Positions 11,106-20,594 of a stretch of 64,000 nucleotides of DNA are shown here, piece after piece. Numbering within the stretch: position 1 is the first letter of the stretch; every line of letters begins with the position of its first letter. Origin of the DNA: Gammaproteobacteria bacterium. Lineage in GTDB: Bacteria > Pseudomonadota > Gammaproteobacteria > Eutrophobiales > Eutrophobiaceae. The position numbers were made by a program, and so were the translations under genes. The stretch is taken from NCBI GenBank assembly GCA_965222155.1, contig CBDCTH010000012.1, positions 2,912,001 through 2,976,000 of the forward strand, written 5' to 3'. The notes beneath the pieces are model-generated. The model did no database searches and was not told where the DNA came from. It saw nothing but the letters and a program-made list of their open reading frames with translations.

Positions 11106-11640
11106 GTTTGATCACTTCCAATCGACTCTCGGGTAAATATGCACGCATACCCGTTCCGGTAATTACTGCGTTATTGGTAACGATGGTTGCATGATTGTCT
11201 GTCTCTGCATATTCATTTTCCAGCGACACTTTTATATGGGATGTGCTGACTTCCAGCGTTGGGTTGCCCGTATCATCGTATTCTAGCATTTTTACTATAC
11301 CGTATAGCAGAATAGTATCATCATCTCCCTCCAGGCGACCTTTTTCTGCGTTAATATGCAGAGGAAATTTGTCTTCCCGGAAAATTTCCATACGCGGCAT
11401 AACCAGTTCGGTGCTGTCATTGTAAGGATAATGCGCCAGATAATCCGCCGACAGTTTGTTTTTCGGTTTGCCGTTCTGGTCCATTGTCAATGTGGTAAAG
11501 TCTTCCATATAATAATCAGGGCCTCGCGCATCGGCGCTAAGGGCATATCTGCCGGGGTCCTCGGATAACCATTTCAACAGCCCCGCGCTGCCGGCAGCAG
11601 CGCCGATCAGTAATGCGAGAATAAACAGTCGTTGAATCAT
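11068..11640 (-). CDS. lptC: LPS export protein LptC
   Basis: N-terminal TM helix, PDYYMEDF, HYP; synteny. Confidence 0.9.
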   Translation of the reverse strand: MIQRLFILALLIGAAAGSAGLLKWLSEDPGRYALSADARGPDYYMEDFTTLTMDQNGKPKNKLSADYLAHYPYNDSTELVMPRMEIFREDKFPLHINAEKGRLEGDDDTILLYGIVKMLEYDDTGNPTLEVSTSHIKVSLENEYAETDNHATIVTNNAVITGTGMRAYLPESRLEVIKHEKTTINTTPDS

Positions 11641-11645
11641 ACCGG

Positions 11646-12638
11646 TCAGATCACCTGTGCGCGCAGCAGATCGTGCATGTTCAGAACGCCAACCAATTGC
11701 CGATCCTCATCCAGTACCAGCAAAGCGTTAATTCTGTAATCTTCCATCATCCGCAAGGCCTCGGCCGCAAGGCAGGTCGCGCTGATGGTCCTGGCGTTTT
11801 TTGTCATGACTTCTTCGGTAGTGGTGGTATGCATGTCGAACCCGCCGTCCAGTGTCCGGCGCAGGTCACCATCGGTGAATATGCCTGACACTTTGCCTTG
11901 TTCATCAAGCACTGCTGTCATTCCCAGCCCTTTTGCGCTCATTTCCAGCAATGTCCGGCTCAGTACGGTCTTCTCATCCACCCGGGGGATGTCAGTGCCG
12001 CGATGCATCACATCGCTTACGCATAACAAACGCCTTCCCAATGATCCCCCGGGATGGGATCGGGCAAAATCATCGGCATTAAATCCCCGGGCCTCAAGCA
12101 GGGCAACGGCCAGGGCATCTCCCAGGACCAGGCTGGCTGTGGTACTGGCCGTAGGCGCCAGACCCAACGGACAGGCTTCCCTGGTGACACTCACGTCCAG
12201 ACAGACCGCGGCGGCTTTCCCCAGGGTGGATGCGGAATTACCTGTCAGCGCGATGAGGGGGATATTCAAGCGTTTAATCACCGGCAACAAGGTTACAATC
12301 TCGCCGGTCTCACCGGAATTGGACAGGGCAATCACCACATCATCCCGGGTAATCATGCCCAGGTCGCCGTGGCCGGCTTCACCGGGGTGGACAAAAAAAG
12401 ACGGTGTGCCTGTGCTGGCCAGGGTAGCTGCAATCTTGTGGCCGATATGACCCGACTTCCCCATGCCCAGCACCACAACCCTGCCACTGCATTCCAGGAG
12501 CAGCCGGCAGGCGCAGACAAAGTGTCCGTCAATGCGTTGTTTCAGGTCGCTCACCGCCTGTTGCTCCGTTTCGATAACCGCGCGGGCCGACCCCTTGAGT
12601 TTTTCCGGGTCCGGATGCTTGTCAGACCTGACCACCAT
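11646..12638 (-). CDS. kdsD: Arabinose-5-phosphate isomerase (KdsD/KpsF)
   Basis: GMGKSGHIG.KIAATLASTGTP, SIS plus CBS domains. Confidence 0.95.
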   Translation of the reverse strand: MVVRSDKHPDPEKLKGSARAVIETEQQAVSDLKQRIDGHFVCACRLLLECSGRVVVLGMGKSGHIGHKIAATLASTGTPSFFVHPGEAGHGDLGMITRDDVVIALSNSGETGEIVTLLPVIKRLNIPLIALTGNSASTLGKAAAVCLDVSVTREACPLGLAPTASTTASLVLGDALAVALLEARGFNADDFARSHPGGSLGRRLLCVSDVMHRGTDIPRVDEKTVLSRTLLEMSAKGLGMTAVLDEQGKVSGIFTDGDLRRTLDGGFDMHTTTTEEVMTKNARTISATCLAAEALRMMEDYRINALLVLDEDRQLVGVLNMHDLLRAQVI

Positions 12639-12765
12639 AATCCACCATCACCTGCCGTGCCGGCAGCATTGCTGAAAAGCCACTTGTTGTCAATAAGTTA
12701 TCAGTATCTAACATGTATTTCTCCCGCCTCGGGTCCGGCGGCTTGCCGGGCGATCATCTCGCAGG

Positions 12766-13710
12766 CTACGCTTGAAACAACCAGTACTGGTAACCGGCAA
12801 AGCAACACAGTAACGCGGCGCCCTCCCAGCGGCTGAACCTGTTTTTGCCGGAATAAAACACCATCCAACACATCAACAGGGTTAAACCTGCCATGACGGG
12901 AAAATCCCGCAGCAGGACTTCCCTGCCGAAACTATCAGGGTAAATAATACACGGTATGCCCAATACCATCAGCATATTAAACATATTGGAACCGATCACG
13001 TTGCCTATGGCGATATCCATTTCTTTTTTGGCAACACTCATGAGGGAAGCGGCAAGTTCCGGCAAACTGGTCCCGACCGCAATCACGGTCAGGCCGATTA
13101 CCAGGTCATCAATACCAATTCCCCTGGCAATATAGACCGCACCGCGCACCAACAGTTCAGCGCCGATCAACAGAACCAGCAATCCGACCAGCATCAGAAT
13201 GATGGATTTCAAGAGATCCGGCGCTTGCGTCGCTTCCACTTCCCTTTGCACGGTATGGGTCTCGCGTCTTGCCTGTTTGACAATCCATATGAGCATCAAC
13301 CCCAGCGCGGCCAGTAACAGCAGGCCATCGATGCGACCCAGGTGCAAGTCAAGCATTACCAGCAATGCAATCAGCATTGCCACACACATCAGTATAAATT
13401 CGCGGCGCAGGGACTGCGACTGAACCAACAGCGGTGAACACAACGCAGTGGCGCCCAATACCATACCGATGTTGGCGATATTGGAGCCCAGGGCATTGCC
13501 GATAGCGATACGGGTTTTCTCCTCCCACGCGGCGACGACGCCCACAAAGACTTCCGGCACTGAGGTCGCGATACCGACTACGGTCAGACCGATGATAAAG
13601 GGCGACACCCCCAGTGCGCGGGCGCTGCCCGCAGCGCCTGAAACAAACCGGTCCGCGCCCAGCACCAGCAAGGCTATACCGCCGAGCACAGCAAGCGTCG
13701 CAATCAACAT
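12766..13710 (-). CDS. Calcium/sodium antiporter, YrbG family
   Basis: Two alpha-repeats (ATSVPE...GNALGSNIAN; GTSLPE...GNVIGSNMFN). Confidence 0.92.
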   Translation of the reverse strand: MLIATLAVLGGIALLVLGADRFVSGAAGSARALGVSPFIIGLTVVGIATSVPEVFVGVVAAWEEKTRIAIGNALGSNIANIGMVLGATALCSPLLVQSQSLRREFILMCVAMLIALLVMLDLHLGRIDGLLLLAALGLMLIWIVKQARRETHTVQREVEATQAPDLLKSIILMLVGLLVLLIGAELLVRGAVYIARGIGIDDLVIGLTVIAVGTSLPELAASLMSVAKKEMDIAIGNVIGSNMFNMLMVLGIPCIIYPDSFGREVLLRDFPVMAGLTLLMCWMVFYSGKNRFSRWEGAALLCCFAGYQYWLFQA

Positions 13711-14099
13711 TTTGACGTCCCCGGGAAGCCATTAATTTGCGCGCTGGAGTTCCCGCCATCCCGTACCATTGGAGCCGGCGCGCGTGTCCGGGGCGCCCGC
13801 TTGCGGGACTTGGATACCATGCTTGTCAGTGCGGTAAGGAAAGAATATTCCAGGCTGTTACCGGCGCAAAAGCCAGGCTGCTTCACGGCTTGTTTATATG
13901 GGGTTGTAACCCATCCAGGCGGGTTTTCCAAAAAAGATATCCATTCCCCTGCCTTATCTTCAGCGGCAAATCCGGCCTTGTCTTGCCGCACGTTTGCAGC
14001 GGTAAAATGCGTCGGGGATAGCGGTAATCATCAGCAACAGGATACCATGAATTGACGTGATACAATGTACTTTTCCCATAGCTGACTTGAGTGGATAAC

Positions 14100-14435
14100 A
14101 TGCTTTACTGGTTCTTTCTTGCTGCTGCGATACTGTTGGAAGTTGCGGGCACACTGTGTATGAAACTGTCCGACGGATTTACCCGGTTGATCCCCTCGAT
14201 CATGTTGTTCGTCTTCTATGCCGTCTCATTTACGTCACTTACTTTTTCCCTGAAAAGAATCGACCTCAGCATCGCCTATTCGGTTTGGGCAGGCGTTGGA
14301 ACCGCCCTGGTAGCACTGGTGGGCATAGTCTATTTTCGCGAACCGTTGACCATGGTCAAATCCGTCAGTATCTGCCTGATCATTATCGGTGTTGTCGGTT
14401 TGTACCTGGACAAGTCGGTCTCCTCAGCCGTATAG
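14100..14435 (+). CDS. SMR-family efflux transporter
   Basis: 4 TM helices, W..L..AI..EV.GT..MK.S.GF, AYSVWAGVGT. Confidence 0.92.
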   Translation: MLYWFFLAAAILLEVAGTLCMKLSDGFTRLIPSIMLFVFYAVSFTSLTFSLKRIDLSIAYSVWAGVGTALVALVGIVYFREPLTMVKSVSICLIIIGVVGLYLDKSVSSAV

Positions 14436-14450
14436 CAGTTAAAACAACTG

Positions 14451-15116
14451 ATGCGGGCGATGATACTGGCAGCGGGGCGAGGCGAAAGAATGCGCCCCAT
14501 GACCGATAACCTGCCCAAGCCCCTGTTGCCTGTAGCCGGCAAACCGTTGTTGCAATATCACGTGGAGGCCCTGGCGCAGGCGGGCTTTACCGAGCTGGTG
14601 ATCAATCACGCCCGCTTCAGTGACCGGATAGAGGCATTCTTCGCCGACGGCGCCGACTTCGGTGTGACAATCCGTTATTCAGCCGAGGGGGACAACCCCC
14701 TGGAGACCGGGGGCGGTATTAAACGGGCATTGCCCCTGTTAGGTGATGACCCGTTCCTGGTCATCAACGGCGATATCTGGACAGATTTTCCGCTGGATTC
14801 ACTGACAACGGTATCTCCCGGTCAGGCCCACCTGGTCCTGGTCCCTAACCCGGCACACCATCCCGATGGAGATTTTGTCCTTGAGGGGGGGCAGGTTTTA
14901 TGCTCCGGGCAACCCAGATACACATTCAGCGGCATCGGTATCTATCAGCCCGCGCTGTTTAATTCAATCAGGCAACAGGTATTTCCTCTGGCGCCGGTAT
15001 TACGCCGGGCAATGCAAGACCGGCAGGTCACGGGAGAACTCCATAACGGTCGCTGGTTCGATATCGGGACACCTGCGCGGCTGGCGGCCCTGAAGGATTA
15101 CCTGGCTGAAATATAG
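14451..15116 (+). CDS. murU: MurNAc-alpha-1-phosphate uridylyltransferase
   Basis: MRAMILAAGRGERMRP.TD..PKPLL, LETGGGI, NGD, W.DIGTP. Confidence 0.88.
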   Translation: MRAMILAAGRGERMRPMTDNLPKPLLPVAGKPLLQYHVEALAQAGFTELVINHARFSDRIEAFFADGADFGVTIRYSAEGDNPLETGGGIKRALPLLGDDPFLVINGDIWTDFPLDSLTTVSPGQAHLVLVPNPAHHPDGDFVLEGGQVLCSGQPRYTFSGIGIYQPALFNSIRQQVFPLAPVLRRAMQDRQVTGELHNGRWFDIGTPARLAALKDYLAEI

Positions 15117-15221
15117 CCAACTGATGGTATCTTCTCAGTTGATTGTTTTACCCTTAAATTAAAACTTGACGAAATACCGGAAGTCACACGTGCAAACGTG
15201 AGCGGCGCAGCATTACCTGCG

Positions 15222-15251
15222 CTCATAAGTTTATGACAAACGCTCAATTGT
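15222..15251 (+). promoter_or_regulatory. Putative LysR (GcvA-type) target motif upstream of amaB
   Basis: 21/30 identical to 18977-19006 in the divergent LysR/KamA promoter. Confidence 0.45.
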
Positions 15252-15290
15252 ATGTAGCGCTACGCTTAACGTAAACTCACCTCAGACACA

Positions 15291-15464
15291 GCTCCCCCTA
15301 ACTCGAGGTCAATACAGAAGACGGGGGGGACAGATTTAAATCTGTCCCCCAGGAGTCTCGAGCATGCTCTGACCATAACGGGGCCTGTTTCCCTGGGAGG
15401 GAGGGCGTCTCGCCCTACCCAAAGGCAGGATGCCCTCGGTCCCGGGAGTTAGCGGGAATTGCTG
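15291..15464. repeat. Dispersed MITE/REP-like repeat, family B, copy 1
   Basis: Reverse-complement homolog of 46776-46947; contains palindrome GGGGACAGATTTAAATCTGTCCCC. Confidence 0.85.
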
Positions 15465-15535
15465 AGATGCAACTAACCGGGAATTCGCTTGAAATTCCCG
15501 TTTTCGCAACGACGGTTTCAGGGTAAAGAGAACGA

Positions 15536-17068
15536 ATGAATACATATCTGAAAGAAGTACAGGGGATATTGAAACGACTGGGTGTGCCGCTGTTGCAGCA
15601 TGACTGTGGAGAGTTACCAGTCTTCACTCCGCTTAATGGTGAAAAAATCGCTTGGGTTGCGCTCAATGATCCAAATCAGGTCTCCGAGCAAATCGATCGG
15701 GCACACCGGGCGTTTCTGGATTGGCGAATTGTTCCTGCCCCCAGGCGGGGAGAATTGGTGAGGCTGCTGGGAGACGAACTCCGTAAGGCTAAGGATGATC
15801 TAGGCCGCCTGGTTTGTATCGAGGTTGGCAAAATACCGTCAGAAGGGACTGGTGAAGTCCAGGAGATGATCGACATATGTGATTTCGCCCTTGGGCTCTC
15901 GCGTCAACTGTATGGTCTGACGATTGCGACCGAACGCCCAGGACACCGTATGATGGAAGTATGGCATCCGCTGGGTGTGACAGGCGTTATCAGCGCTTTC
16001 AATTTTCCGGTGGCCGTATGGTCATGGAACGCCGCCTTGGCGCTCGTGTGTGGCAATAGCGTAGTCTGGAAACCATCGGAGAAAACCCCGCTGACTGCAA
16101 TGGCCTGTCGCGCAATTTTCTTGCGCGCCCTGGACAAGTTTGGTGATACCCCTGAAGGGCTGTTCGAACTGATAATCGGTGGACGTGAAACGGGCGAAGC
16201 GCTGGTTGAACATCCGCAAGTAGCGCTTATATCTGCCACCGGCTCCACCCGCATGGGCCGTCAGGTTGGGCCTCGCCTATCACAGAGATTTGCCCGCTCG
16301 ATCCTGGAGCTCGGCGGTAACAATGCCGGCATTGTTTGTAAAAGCGCTGACTTGGACATAGCAGTTCGTGCCTGCGTTTTCAGTGCAATCGGAACAGCCG
16401 GGCAACGATGTACTTCAATGAGGCGTCTTTTTGTCCATTACGATGTCTACGAATCCCTTGTGTTGAAGCTGAAGACAGCCTATGAAAGCGTCAAAATCGG
16501 TGACCCAATCAAGACTGGTGCGCAGGTTGGTCCTTTAATCGATGAAAAGGCATTCAATGAAATGCGGGCGGCGCTCAATGAAGCTCGAACAGAAGGCGCT
16601 AAGGTATTTGGAGGAACGCGCGTTAACGAGGCGGAAAACCTGAATGCTTACTATGTTCGGCCTGCGCTCGTGGAAATGTCAGGGCAAACCGGGCCTGTGC
16701 TGCGTGAGACGTTTGCGCCAATTCTGTATGTGATGCGATTTTCCAACCTGGCTGCGGCAATAGAGCTTAATAATGCTGTTGGAGCCGGGCTCTCTTCGGC
16801 GATTTTTACTACTGATGTGCGCGAGGCGGAATACTTCCTGGCATCGAGCGGCTCTGATTGTGGTATCGCTAACGTCAATATAGGCACCTCAGGCGCGGAG
16901 ATTGGGGGTGCGTTTGGAGGTGAAAAGGAAACCGGAGGCGGCAGAGAATCCGGTTCTGATGCGTGGAAAAACTATATGCGCAGGGCAACAAACACAATAA
17001 ATTACTCCAGCGACCTGCCTCTTGCGCAAGGTGTATCGTTTGCCGTTGATGTAGCTGAAAAGCCTTAG
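15536..17068 (+). CDS. amaB: Piperideine-6-carboxylate / aminoadipate-semialdehyde dehydrogenase (ALDH7)
   Basis: GEVQEMIDICDFA.GLSRQLYGLTIA.ER, LELGGNN, GQRCT, GGEKETGGGRESGSDAWK. Confidence 0.85.
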   Translation: MNTYLKEVQGILKRLGVPLLQHDCGELPVFTPLNGEKIAWVALNDPNQVSEQIDRAHRAFLDWRIVPAPRRGELVRLLGDELRKAKDDLGRLVCIEVGKIPSEGTGEVQEMIDICDFALGLSRQLYGLTIATERPGHRMMEVWHPLGVTGVISAFNFPVAVWSWNAALALVCGNSVVWKPSEKTPLTAMACRAIFLRALDKFGDTPEGLFELIIGGRETGEALVEHPQVALISATGSTRMGRQVGPRLSQRFARSILELGGNNAGIVCKSADLDIAVRACVFSAIGTAGQRCTSMRRLFVHYDVYESLVLKLKTAYESVKIGDPIKTGAQVGPLIDEKAFNEMRAALNEARTEGAKVFGGTRVNEAENLNAYYVRPALVEMSGQTGPVLRETFAPILYVMRFSNLAAAIELNNAVGAGLSSAIFTTDVREAEYFLASSGSDCGIANVNIGTSGAEIGGAFGGEKETGGGRESGSDAWKNYMRRATNTINYSSDLPLAQGVSFAVDVAEKP

Positions 17069-17079
17069 AGGCACTTAAG

Positions 17080-17967
17080 TTACGCTACTTGTGAGAGCCA
17101 GTCCCTCAGCCGAATTAGAGGAACGTATTGATCCCTGTCAAGGGGCCACACCAGGTAGTAATACGCTTCAGCACTCGATACCGCATCACCATACGCTGAA
17201 AGCAGACGCTTATTTTTCAGTTCGTCCTCAATCAGGAATTCGGGCAAAAGTGCAACTCCCAGACTATGTGCCGCCACCTGCGCCATGGTTGCGAATTGAT
17301 CCATCAGCATGCCAGTTACACGCTCCGGGTAAATTCCGTGAGATTCGAACCACAGCTCCCAGGCGTTGGGTCGAGACTTCAGATGCAACAGCGGCACGCT
17401 CTGTAAATCCGCTGGTTCGTTGATGGGGAAGCGTTCCAAAAAACCCGGTGAACAGGCAGGTATGATTTTTTCCTTGAACAGTCTCATCTGCCGCGTGCCA
17501 TGCCAATCAACGCTTCTGTAGGTAATCGCAGCATCCAGAGACTCATTTTGAAAACCTGATGGCACAAGCCATGACGTCAAATTAATCGTCATGCCCGGGT
17601 GTTTGTCGCAGAAGTCTGCCAACCTTGACGCAAGCCAACGTGTGCCCAAGGTTGGCGGAGTTGCCAGGCTGACAGAGCCGCCTTCAGGATTGGCCTTCAG
17701 CGTCAATGAAGACGTTGCGATCAGGCGTAATGCATCACGAATCTCGCGGGCGTATTGTTGCCCGGCGTCCGTCAACAACAGTTTCTTTTTGACTCTTACG
17801 AACAGTTGAACATTGAGCAGTTCTTCGAGCTGCACTATTTGCCGACTGACAGCGCCCTGAGTAAGCGAAAGTTCTTGTGCGGCAAGGGTCACACTACCAG
17901 TACGTCCCACAGCTTCCAGTGCCCTCAGTAAGTGAATGGCTGGAAGAAAGCGCCTGGGCGTTATCAT
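17080..17967 (-). CDS. LysR regulator, GcvA-like
   Basis: RRFLP...GSVTLAAQELSLTQGAVSRQI HTH; PTLGTRWL. Confidence 0.92.
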   Translation of the reverse strand: MITPRRFLPAIHLLRALEAVGRTGSVTLAAQELSLTQGAVSRQIVQLEELLNVQLFVRVKKKLLLTDAGQQYAREIRDALRLIATSSLTLKANPEGGSVSLATPPTLGTRWLASRLADFCDKHPGMTINLTSWLVPSGFQNESLDAAITYRSVDWHGTRQMRLFKEKIIPACSPGFLERFPINEPADLQSVPLLHLKSRPNAWELWFESHGIYPERVTGMLMDQFATMAQVAAHSLGVALLPEFLIEDELKNKRLLSAYGDAVSSAEAYYYLVWPLDRDQYVPLIRLRDWLSQVA

Positions 17968-18059
17968 AATATCTGGCAGTAGACAGTCAATACAGTGAAA
18001 AATATAACCCTAATTCCCTCACGAATACAAGTCATAAGTGCAACCAGCAGGAGTTCGCG

Positions 18060-18959
18060 CTAACTCGGCGAGGGGCGATTCAAGCTCAGCAACCACTCTC
18101 GGAATGCAACAACAGGGGGATAGTCTGCTTTATCAATCGGTGTGATAAGATAATATCCGGAACTGTTCATTAGTGGCGCCTCTGAAATAGTCGTCAACTC
18201 ATCCTGTTTGAGTTCATTTTGAATCAAAAATTCCGGCAGCAAGGCGACCCCCATGCCGGCGATGGCGGCCTGTATAAGAATGGAAAACTGCTCAAACAAC
18301 ATACCCGGTTCAGGTTGCACGGAAACACCATTTGCCGTGAACCAATTTTCCCAGGCATCGGCACGGGAGGACAGGTGTAACAATGCAACCTGGGCGATGT
18401 CTTCAACGGTTTTGATTTGATTATTTTTTAAATATGCCGGTGAACAAGCCGGCAACACTTTCTCTTCCAGCAAAAATGTACTGGTGGTATTTGGCCAATC
18501 AGGCTCGCCATAGTGAATCGCGGAATGAAGATTTTCTTGTTGGAAGTCAAACGGTGACAGCTTGGTGACAAAATTCACGGTGATATCAGGATGGTCTTGC
18601 AGGAATGAAGGGAAGCGTGGGATTAACCAGCGTGTCCCAAAAGTCGGCAACACTGCTAAATTCAAGATTCCACGCAACGGGCCGGTGATGGCATTCAAGG
18701 ATGCATTGCGAATTGACTGTAGTGCCCGGTGTATTTCCTCTGCGTAGATCTTTCCTGTTTCAGTCAGTTGCACTGTTTTACCGGCGCGCACAAACAGACT
18801 GACGTTCAATAAACCCTCAAGGGCGTGGACTTGTCGACTGATCGCACCATGGGTTAAGTTTATTTCACGTGCTGCTGTTGAAAAACTACCGGTTCGGGCC
18901 GCTGCATCGAAAGCAATGAGCATACTGGTACTGGGCAAGAGTCGTCTTAGCGTTGACAT
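18060..18959 (-). CDS. LysR regulator, GcvA-like, divergent from the radical SAM gene
   Basis: RRLLPS...GSFSTAAREINLTHGAISRQV; LPTFGTRWLIPR. Confidence 0.92.
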   Translation of the reverse strand: MSTLRRLLPSTSMLIAFDAAARTGSFSTAAREINLTHGAISRQVHALEGLLNVSLFVRAGKTVQLTETGKIYAEEIHRALQSIRNASLNAITGPLRGILNLAVLPTFGTRWLIPRFPSFLQDHPDITVNFVTKLSPFDFQQENLHSAIHYGEPDWPNTTSTFLLEEKVLPACSPAYLKNNQIKTVEDIAQVALLHLSSRADAWENWFTANGVSVQPEPGMLFEQFSILIQAAIAGMGVALLPEFLIQNELKQDELTTISEAPLMNSSGYYLITPIDKADYPPVVAFREWLLSLNRPSPS

Positions 18960-19139
18960 GTTATATGTTACAAATACTCATATGTATGTGAAAAAAATTC
19001 GTTTGTTTATATTGTTCTGAGAGCTTACATTATTGAATATTCTCGTTATAAATGTAGCCGGTTAGACCATTATATAGAATTATATGTGAATAAAAGACAT
19101 ATAATTAATATTAACTCACTTTTCTACCTGGAAGACATC

Positions 19140-20594
19140 ATGGCTAAAGAAGCAAAATATCAACCTTCAGCAAAAGAGCTGACATTCCTGGATTCAGTTG
19201 AGAACGGTAAATATGACCGTCAGATCATCAAGGGGTTGAATAAATTTATTGATAAAAATGTGCCGGAAGCGATGCAATCGTTCTATAGCAGGAATGAATT
19301 GCAAGCATTGCTTGAACTCAAAGGGACAGCTCGGGATATTGAAGCACGCATGCCGGTAAAAGTTACCCGTCACTACTTTGAGCAAGCTAAAAACAGTAAG
19401 GCGATGCAAACGCTGGTTAAGGCAAGCCCGAAAGAGACCTATGATCTTGAAGGCGCCCCTGACCCCGGCAAACAAATGGATTACAGTCCTGTGGAGGGAT
19501 TAATACACAAATATGAATTGGGGCTTATCTATGTGGCATCTACTTGTTCCGCCCATTGTCGTTTCTGTTATCGCGAAGAGTTGATTGCCGGAAAAGAAGT
19601 GGAAAGACCCGATGGTAGCGTTGCCCGCAAAGGCTTAGCCCGGATTGTGGATATTGTTGATTACATCAAGGAGCATAACAGACTGGTACATGAAAATGGC
19701 GGTAAGCATCCGGATACAGGTCGCGAAAAACTAAGAGAAATACTCATGTCCGGCGGTGACCCCATGGTACTCAGTAACAAGAACATCGCTGCCTGGATAG
19801 CCGCACTGGCCCAGGCAGGTATTGAATCGATACGTATCGGGACCAAAGAAATGGCATTTTACCCGGATCGTTTTGATGACACATTCTTTGATATGTTGGA
19901 TAAATTTCATGCTGAGTATCCGGAGACCAACTTGAGAATGATGGTTCACTTTAACCATCCGGATGAATTTTTGAAAAAGGATGGTGATGGTCAATATATG
20001 GAAAATCCAGCCGGTGGTCTTACATGGCTGGATAATACCAGGCGTGCGGTAAAGGGCCTGCGGCAACGCAGTTGGGTCAATATTGATAATCAGGCGCCCA
20101 TAATCAATGGCATTAATAATGATCCGGACGCGTTGCGTATTATGCAGCGGGAATTAAAACGCAATGGCGTTGAAAATCATTATTTCTTCTGTGGTCGGGA
20201 CATCATTGGACATAAGGCGTTCAATATCCCCATTGAGGAAGCCTGGCATATCTTAAATGAATCACAAAAAGGATTATCCGGTGTCGAAGCGCATGCCCGT
20301 CTGTCTATTACACACTATAAAGGTAAAACAGAAGTTGCTGCCGTAACGAATGAGCCGCTTGAGGGTATTCCAGGGGGTGAAAACGGCGTCGTGATTTTCA
20401 AGTTGCTACGCTCTGCTGCGGCCGCTCCTGAGCGCTGCAAAGTGACGATTGTAGGACGCAATCCCGACGCGATCTGGTTCAGTGGTTATGACGATCGTGT
20501 TCTCTATGATGAAGCCGGTTTATATTCCATGTACGGGATACTCCTGAAAGGCAAACAGAGACTCTTAAAATCTGTTGCGAGAAATGCGGGCTAA
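19140..20594 (+). CDS. KamA-family radical SAM/PLP amino-acid 2,3-aminomutase, substrate unknown
   Basis: GLIHKY, CSAHCRFCYR (CxxxCxxC), SGGDPM, IRIGTK, HFNHP, NQAPIINGIN. Confidence 0.85.
   Translation: MAKEAKYQPSAKELTFLDSVENGKYDRQIIKGLNKFIDKNVPEAMQSFYSRNELQALLELKGTARDIEARMPVKVTRHYFEQAKNSKAMQTLVKASPKETYDLEGAPDPGKQMDYSPVEGLIHKYELGLIYVASTCSAHCRFCYREELIAGKEVERPDGSVARKGLARIVDIVDYIKEHNRLVHENGGKHPDTGREKLREILMSGGDPMVLSNKNIAAWIAALAQAGIESIRIGTKEMAFYPDRFDDTFFDMLDKFHAEYPETNLRMMVHFNHPDEFLKKDGDGQYMENPAGGLTWLDNTRRAVKGLRQRSWVNIDNQAPIINGINNDPDALRIMQRELKRNGVENHYFFCGRDIIGHKAFNIPIEEAWHILNESQKGLSGVEAHARLSITHYKGKTEVAAVTNEPLEGIPGGENGVVIFKLLRSAAAAPERCKVTIVGRNPDAIWFSGYDDRVLYDEAGLYSMYGILLKGKQRLLKSVARNAG

Noticed and set aside
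13711-14099. Guanidine (ykkC) riboswitch upstream of the SMR gene
   Set aside because: Only a partial AAAAGCC-like match; conserved class I/II/III elements not seen
19140-20594. Calling the radical SAM gene epmB or kamA
   Set aside because: No efp/epmA nearby, longer than EpmB, and lysine-specificity residues appear altered
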